Below, piece after piece: positions 57,290 to 60,365 of a stretch of DNA of 60,365 nucleotides. The position numbers and the translations under genes are program-made. The stretch comes from a virus. Taxonomy: Duplodnaviria > Caudoviricetes. The notes beneath the pieces were generated by a model. It saw nothing but the letters and a program-made list of their open reading frames with translations. It did no database searches and was not told the DNA's origin. The number at the start of each line of letters is the position of its first letter. Within the stretch, counting starts at the first letter, position 1. The DNA lies in IMG/VR virus record IMGVR_UViG_3300009786_000013, positions 1-60,365 of that record; one strand, 5' to 3'.

Positions 57290-59328
57290 TGGGGTGGCAA
57301 ACCGACAATGAAGCTGCGGTCAAGGCGGTCAAGGAGGCAAAGACCGTTCAGGAGGTGTCCAACGCCGTTCCGTGGCCCCCAGGGAGGGAGGATCACTACA
57401 ATGCCGGGTTCCTCATGCAGTACGGACCCGAGGATCTAGGGGGGAACGGATCGACCTGGTACGGATCCGAGGCCGCTGCACTCAAGGCGGCCCAGAAGGA
57501 GGCTCTTGCAGGGCTCGCAAAGGACGACGGGGATCGTGGATCTGAAGAATACTTCTTCAACACCGATTGGTCCAAGGCAACCGACTCGTACAGGACCGTG
57601 GTCTATCAAGGTAGGCCCCCGATGGAACTCGACTCATCCATCAAGACAACATCCATCGACTCGGCCTGGGACCTCGTGTCGCAGTACAGACATCAGCCCT
57701 CTGAGGTGTTCTCGAAGCTCTCCAATCAGCGCATAGACATGAACTTCTCGCCACAGCCGGGGCCGCCCATCTCCGGGGAGAACGCCTTCCTCCGGACCCT
57801 GTCCCCCTTCACCATCCGACTCCTCCCGCCGGAGGACATGATGGAGCAGGCATCCGCAACTACGACGGTCACGACCAGCTATGCCATCGCACAGGCAGCT
57901 GCGAACGCCGCCGGGTTCGGGTCTCCTGATCTCGGGTCTGACTCCCTGGCCAACGTCCAGGCGGCCACCGCCGGCATGGCGGCTACAGGGGCATTGAACA
58001 CGAAGAAGGCGGGCATCATGACTACGCACGACCTGGCTTCAATCTACAGCCAGGTCGCAGCCATGGCCATGACGCCCCCTCTCGTGCTGTTGATCAACCC
58101 CTCAAGCATGAACATCCAGTACCAGAAGCTCCAGCAGTTCCAGACGAGGACGCGGAATGGCTACATCTTCCAATCCTGGGGGGAGGCGCAACCGACCATC
58201 AGCTTCTCGGGCCGCATCGGGGCATTCTACGCATCGGAGAGCCTTTCGGAGTCGAGGGCATGGGCGAACTTCGGGTACACCCCCTGGGGGATCTTCCAAG
58301 GGGGTTACGGGGAAACATCCACATCCACGGGAGTCCAGGAAGCGTCCCGACGGGATTCGGCATCATTTCAGAACCTTATGGGGTTGTTCCAGGTCTACCG
58401 GAACAATGCCTACGTCCGGGACGGTGTGTCCGGATCTGGGGCCAACCACATGATCGGGATGGTCTGCATCGAGTATGACCAGTGGGCCTACTATGGCCAC
58501 TTCGGGAAGTTCGACCTCTCCTTCACGCAGGAGACCAACCTCGGAGGCATCAACTACAGCTTCGACTTCACATGCTCCCGAATCGAGGACAGGGCCACAT
58601 CCTCCTACCATGTGCGTCCTCTTGAATCCCCCCTCAACATACAGTCGGGCGGGAGTATGCTCGATGCGGCTGGGAACACGGATCCCGTGGCCGCCGCCCT
58701 TGCGGGCAACCAGGGAGACATGGAGGAACCCCGGTGGATGAAGGAGGGGTTCGCCTGGCCTGCCTACGAAACAACGAATCAGACGGAGACCGTCGTCGGG
58801 TACGGGTCCGAGTCCTGGGACAGCAAGATGGGCGGCAAGGGTTGGGAGGGGACTGGCCTCCCAGGGAAGACTGAATGGGATGCTGATGAAATGGACGAGC
58901 CTGTGCCTGATACGGAACCTGTGTCTTATTCTGATGATGAGGCCGGAGATTCCGCACAGTCCGTGGACGCGGTCCTGGCCCTTGTAGCCACCCTCGGGAT
59001 CGATGACACTGATGCCCTTGCGGAGATCACCGCCCTCCTTGAGATCCTCGCCACCCAGCAGCAGATCATCTCGGATCTTCCCTACCCGCCGGTGACCCCC
59101 GTGGATCTTGCCGCTGCCGAGACTGCAACGAGGGCTGCCGTTGCCGCAATCGACCAGATGATCGCAATCATATACACGCTCGACCCAGACCTCTCCCTGC
59201 TGGAGAGGTCGCAGGCGGTGTCGAAACTGGTGAAGGCCCGCAACAACCTCCGGGTGTATTGGGAGGCCATCAACCCAGGGGCGGTGACGGCCACAATAGA
59301 TCCGGGCGTGTCCGGGGTAGATTTCTAA
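57289..59328 (+). CDS. Second tube-initiator-like baseplate protein
   Basis: LLINPSSMN..Y.K...WG...GHFGKF core paralogous to 56609. Confidence 0.65.
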   Translation: MGWQTDNEAAVKAVKEAKTVQEVSNAVPWPPGREDHYNAGFLMQYGPEDLGGNGSTWYGSEAAALKAAQKEALAGLAKDDGDRGSEEYFFNTDWSKATDSYRTVVYQGRPPMELDSSIKTTSIDSAWDLVSQYRHQPSEVFSKLSNQRIDMNFSPQPGPPISGENAFLRTLSPFTIRLLPPEDMMEQASATTTVTTSYAIAQAAANAAGFGSPDLGSDSLANVQAATAGMAATGALNTKKAGIMTTHDLASIYSQVAAMAMTPPLVLLINPSSMNIQYQKLQQFQTRTRNGYIFQSWGEAQPTISFSGRIGAFYASESLSESRAWANFGYTPWGIFQGGYGETSTSTGVQEASRRDSASFQNLMGLFQVYRNNAYVRDGVSGSGANHMIGMVCIEYDQWAYYGHFGKFDLSFTQETNLGGINYSFDFTCSRIEDRATSSYHVRPLESPLNIQSGGSMLDAAGNTDPVAAALAGNQGDMEEPRWMKEGFAWPAYETTNQTETVVGYGSESWDSKMGGKGWEGTGLPGKTEWDADEMDEPVPDTEPVSYSDDEAGDSAQSVDAVLALVATLGIDDTDALAEITALLEILATQQQIISDLPYPPVTPVDLAAAETATRAAVAAIDQMIAIIYTLDPDLSLLERSQAVSKLVKARNNLRVYWEAINPGAVTATIDPGVSGVDF

Positions 59329-60365
59329 ATGGCGGACAACCAACAGACGAATCGACCCTACGGGGGAACATGGCGCCCCAATCGCAGGGGCCTCGTCCAG
59401 TACACGCCGGACTGCCTCGTCTTCATCAACGGTGACATCGAGCTCTCCACCATGCAGGCGACCCGCAAGAAGGTCCCCTTGCAGCCCTTCATCACGGCGG
59501 TGTCCGTGGACTCGTCCACCGAGGCGGGAGGGGCATCCGCATCCATCTCGATGTCTATCCCCATGAACTTCGCCAGCGAGTATTTCAGGGAGGGTGAGTC
59601 GGTACTCATGCCCGGGCTCGAGGTCCATATCTACATGAGGGGATTCCACCCCATTCCCGGTGTGGCCTCCATGGAGACCGACTCGGCCACGGCAGACGAG
59701 CTCTCGGGCATTGTCGAGGAGCTGGGGGCCGACCCCAAGAAGCTCGCCGTCCGTCCCTGGTATCACTGCTTCCACGGCGTCACCATCAGCTCGAGTCATT
59801 CATATTCGGGCGGGTTCTACGAGGCAGGCCTCGAGTGCGCCGGGATGCTGCACTTCTGGCAGTTCATGGACATGTCCACGAACGCCTCCCTCTTCGGATC
59901 CCGTCCGAGGGGATCCCAACTCAATATGAGTCTGGTAGGACACAACTACACCAACATGTCCCCATTCTCGATCATCTACTCACTCTTCCGGGACACGGCG
60001 GGAGCTGCAGGAGCGGTGGCATGGGCTCTTTCAAGCTCGTCCAACCAGTCGGGCATGAACGCCGACGGGGACTTCAGCTTGTTCGAGGCCACCTCGCTCT
60101 ACTGGCAGAAGCGGTTCGCCTCGAAGATGTATGGCCTCCGGATGTTCGGGGCCAACGGGGAGATGTTCACCACGGCGCAGGCCGCCGTCATCGGGAGGAT
60201 GAGCTCGTCCCAGCTCTCCAGGACGGCGCTGGCGGCGTACAAGGCGCAGAGTAAACAGAAAAGTTCAGCAAAAGACCCCCTGAAGGCCCACGGACAGACC
60301 CCCGCCAGGTTCCTCGCTCCCGGGGTCGTAGCGATTGCGCCCAAATGGACGGTTTCCTCGACCAC
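59329..60365 (+). CDS. Baseplate hub protein (3'-truncated, absent from the ORF track)
   Basis: ATG directly after the previous stop; open to the window end: MADNQQTNRPYGGTW...PDCLVFING...PGLEVHIYMRG...FHGV. Confidence 0.7.
   Translation, partial: MADNQQTNRPYGGTWRPNRRGLVQYTPDCLVFINGDIELSTMQATRKKVPLQPFITAVSVDSSTEAGGASASISMSIPMNFASEYFREGESVLMPGLEVHIYMRGFHPIPGVASMETDSATADELSGIVEELGADPKKLAVRPWYHCFHGVTISSSHSYSGGFYEAGLECAGMLHFWQFMDMSTNASLFGSRPRGSQLNMSLVGHNYTNMSPFSIIYSLFRDTAGAAGAVAWALSSSSNQSGMNADGDFSLFEATSLYWQKRFASKMYGLRMFGANGEMFTTAQAAVIGRMSSSQLSRTALAAYKAQSKQKSSAKDPLKAHGQTPARFLAPGVVAIAPKWTVSST

Noticed and set aside
278-59799. Numerous long minus-strand ORFs (e.g. 278..1435, 9469..10506, 46966..48120, 55655..57046, 58363..59799)
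   Set aside because: Antisense shadows of high-GC plus-strand genes; no recognisable motifs
1-60365. Stop-codon reassignment as in some jumbo phages
   Set aside because: Standard code gives dense, intact genes, with TAA, TAG and TGA all at real gene boundaries
42544-60365. Extracellular contractile injection system or tailocin rather than phage
   Set aside because: Terminase, portal, protease and capsid genes are in the same module

Overview
The window (about 60-65% GC by eye) is the almost entirely plus-strand virion-morphogenesis region of a large contractile-tailed (myovirus-type, probably jumbo) dsDNA phage. Gene order: candidate small terminase, large terminase, portal, internal/scaffold proteins, prohead protease, head decoration protein, a short HK97-fold major capsid protein of encapsulin/Linocin_M18-like size, a 1996-aa Ig/FN3-like protein and a Peptidase S74 chaperone protein. 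These are followed by fibre and neck proteins, an actin-like ATPase, tail terminator, a 1635-aa tail sheath, tail tube, two tail chaperones, tape measure, two tube-initiator paralogues and a truncated baseplate hub. A minus-strand block (tRNA-Arg(CCT) plus 4 small ORFs) interrupts the module. Main unexplained structure: (1) a recurring peptide code, P-x-P-x-[RQN]-V-[AT]-x-R and [KR]-x-A, in many unrelated head-region proteins, where it brackets domains such as a PAP2 phosphatase, suggesting a capsid-targeting and protease-release cargo system; (2) a conserved intergenic motif C[GA]NT-N7-CTAT-N11-16-RTAG (likely phage late promoter), which at two sites doubles as an anti-Shine-Dalgarno arm; (3) a second upstream motif GGGTAnTGT; (4) an actin-like ATPase embedded in the neck operon. 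All product calls come from motif recognition and gene context; no database searches were run, and the host cannot be determined from this window.
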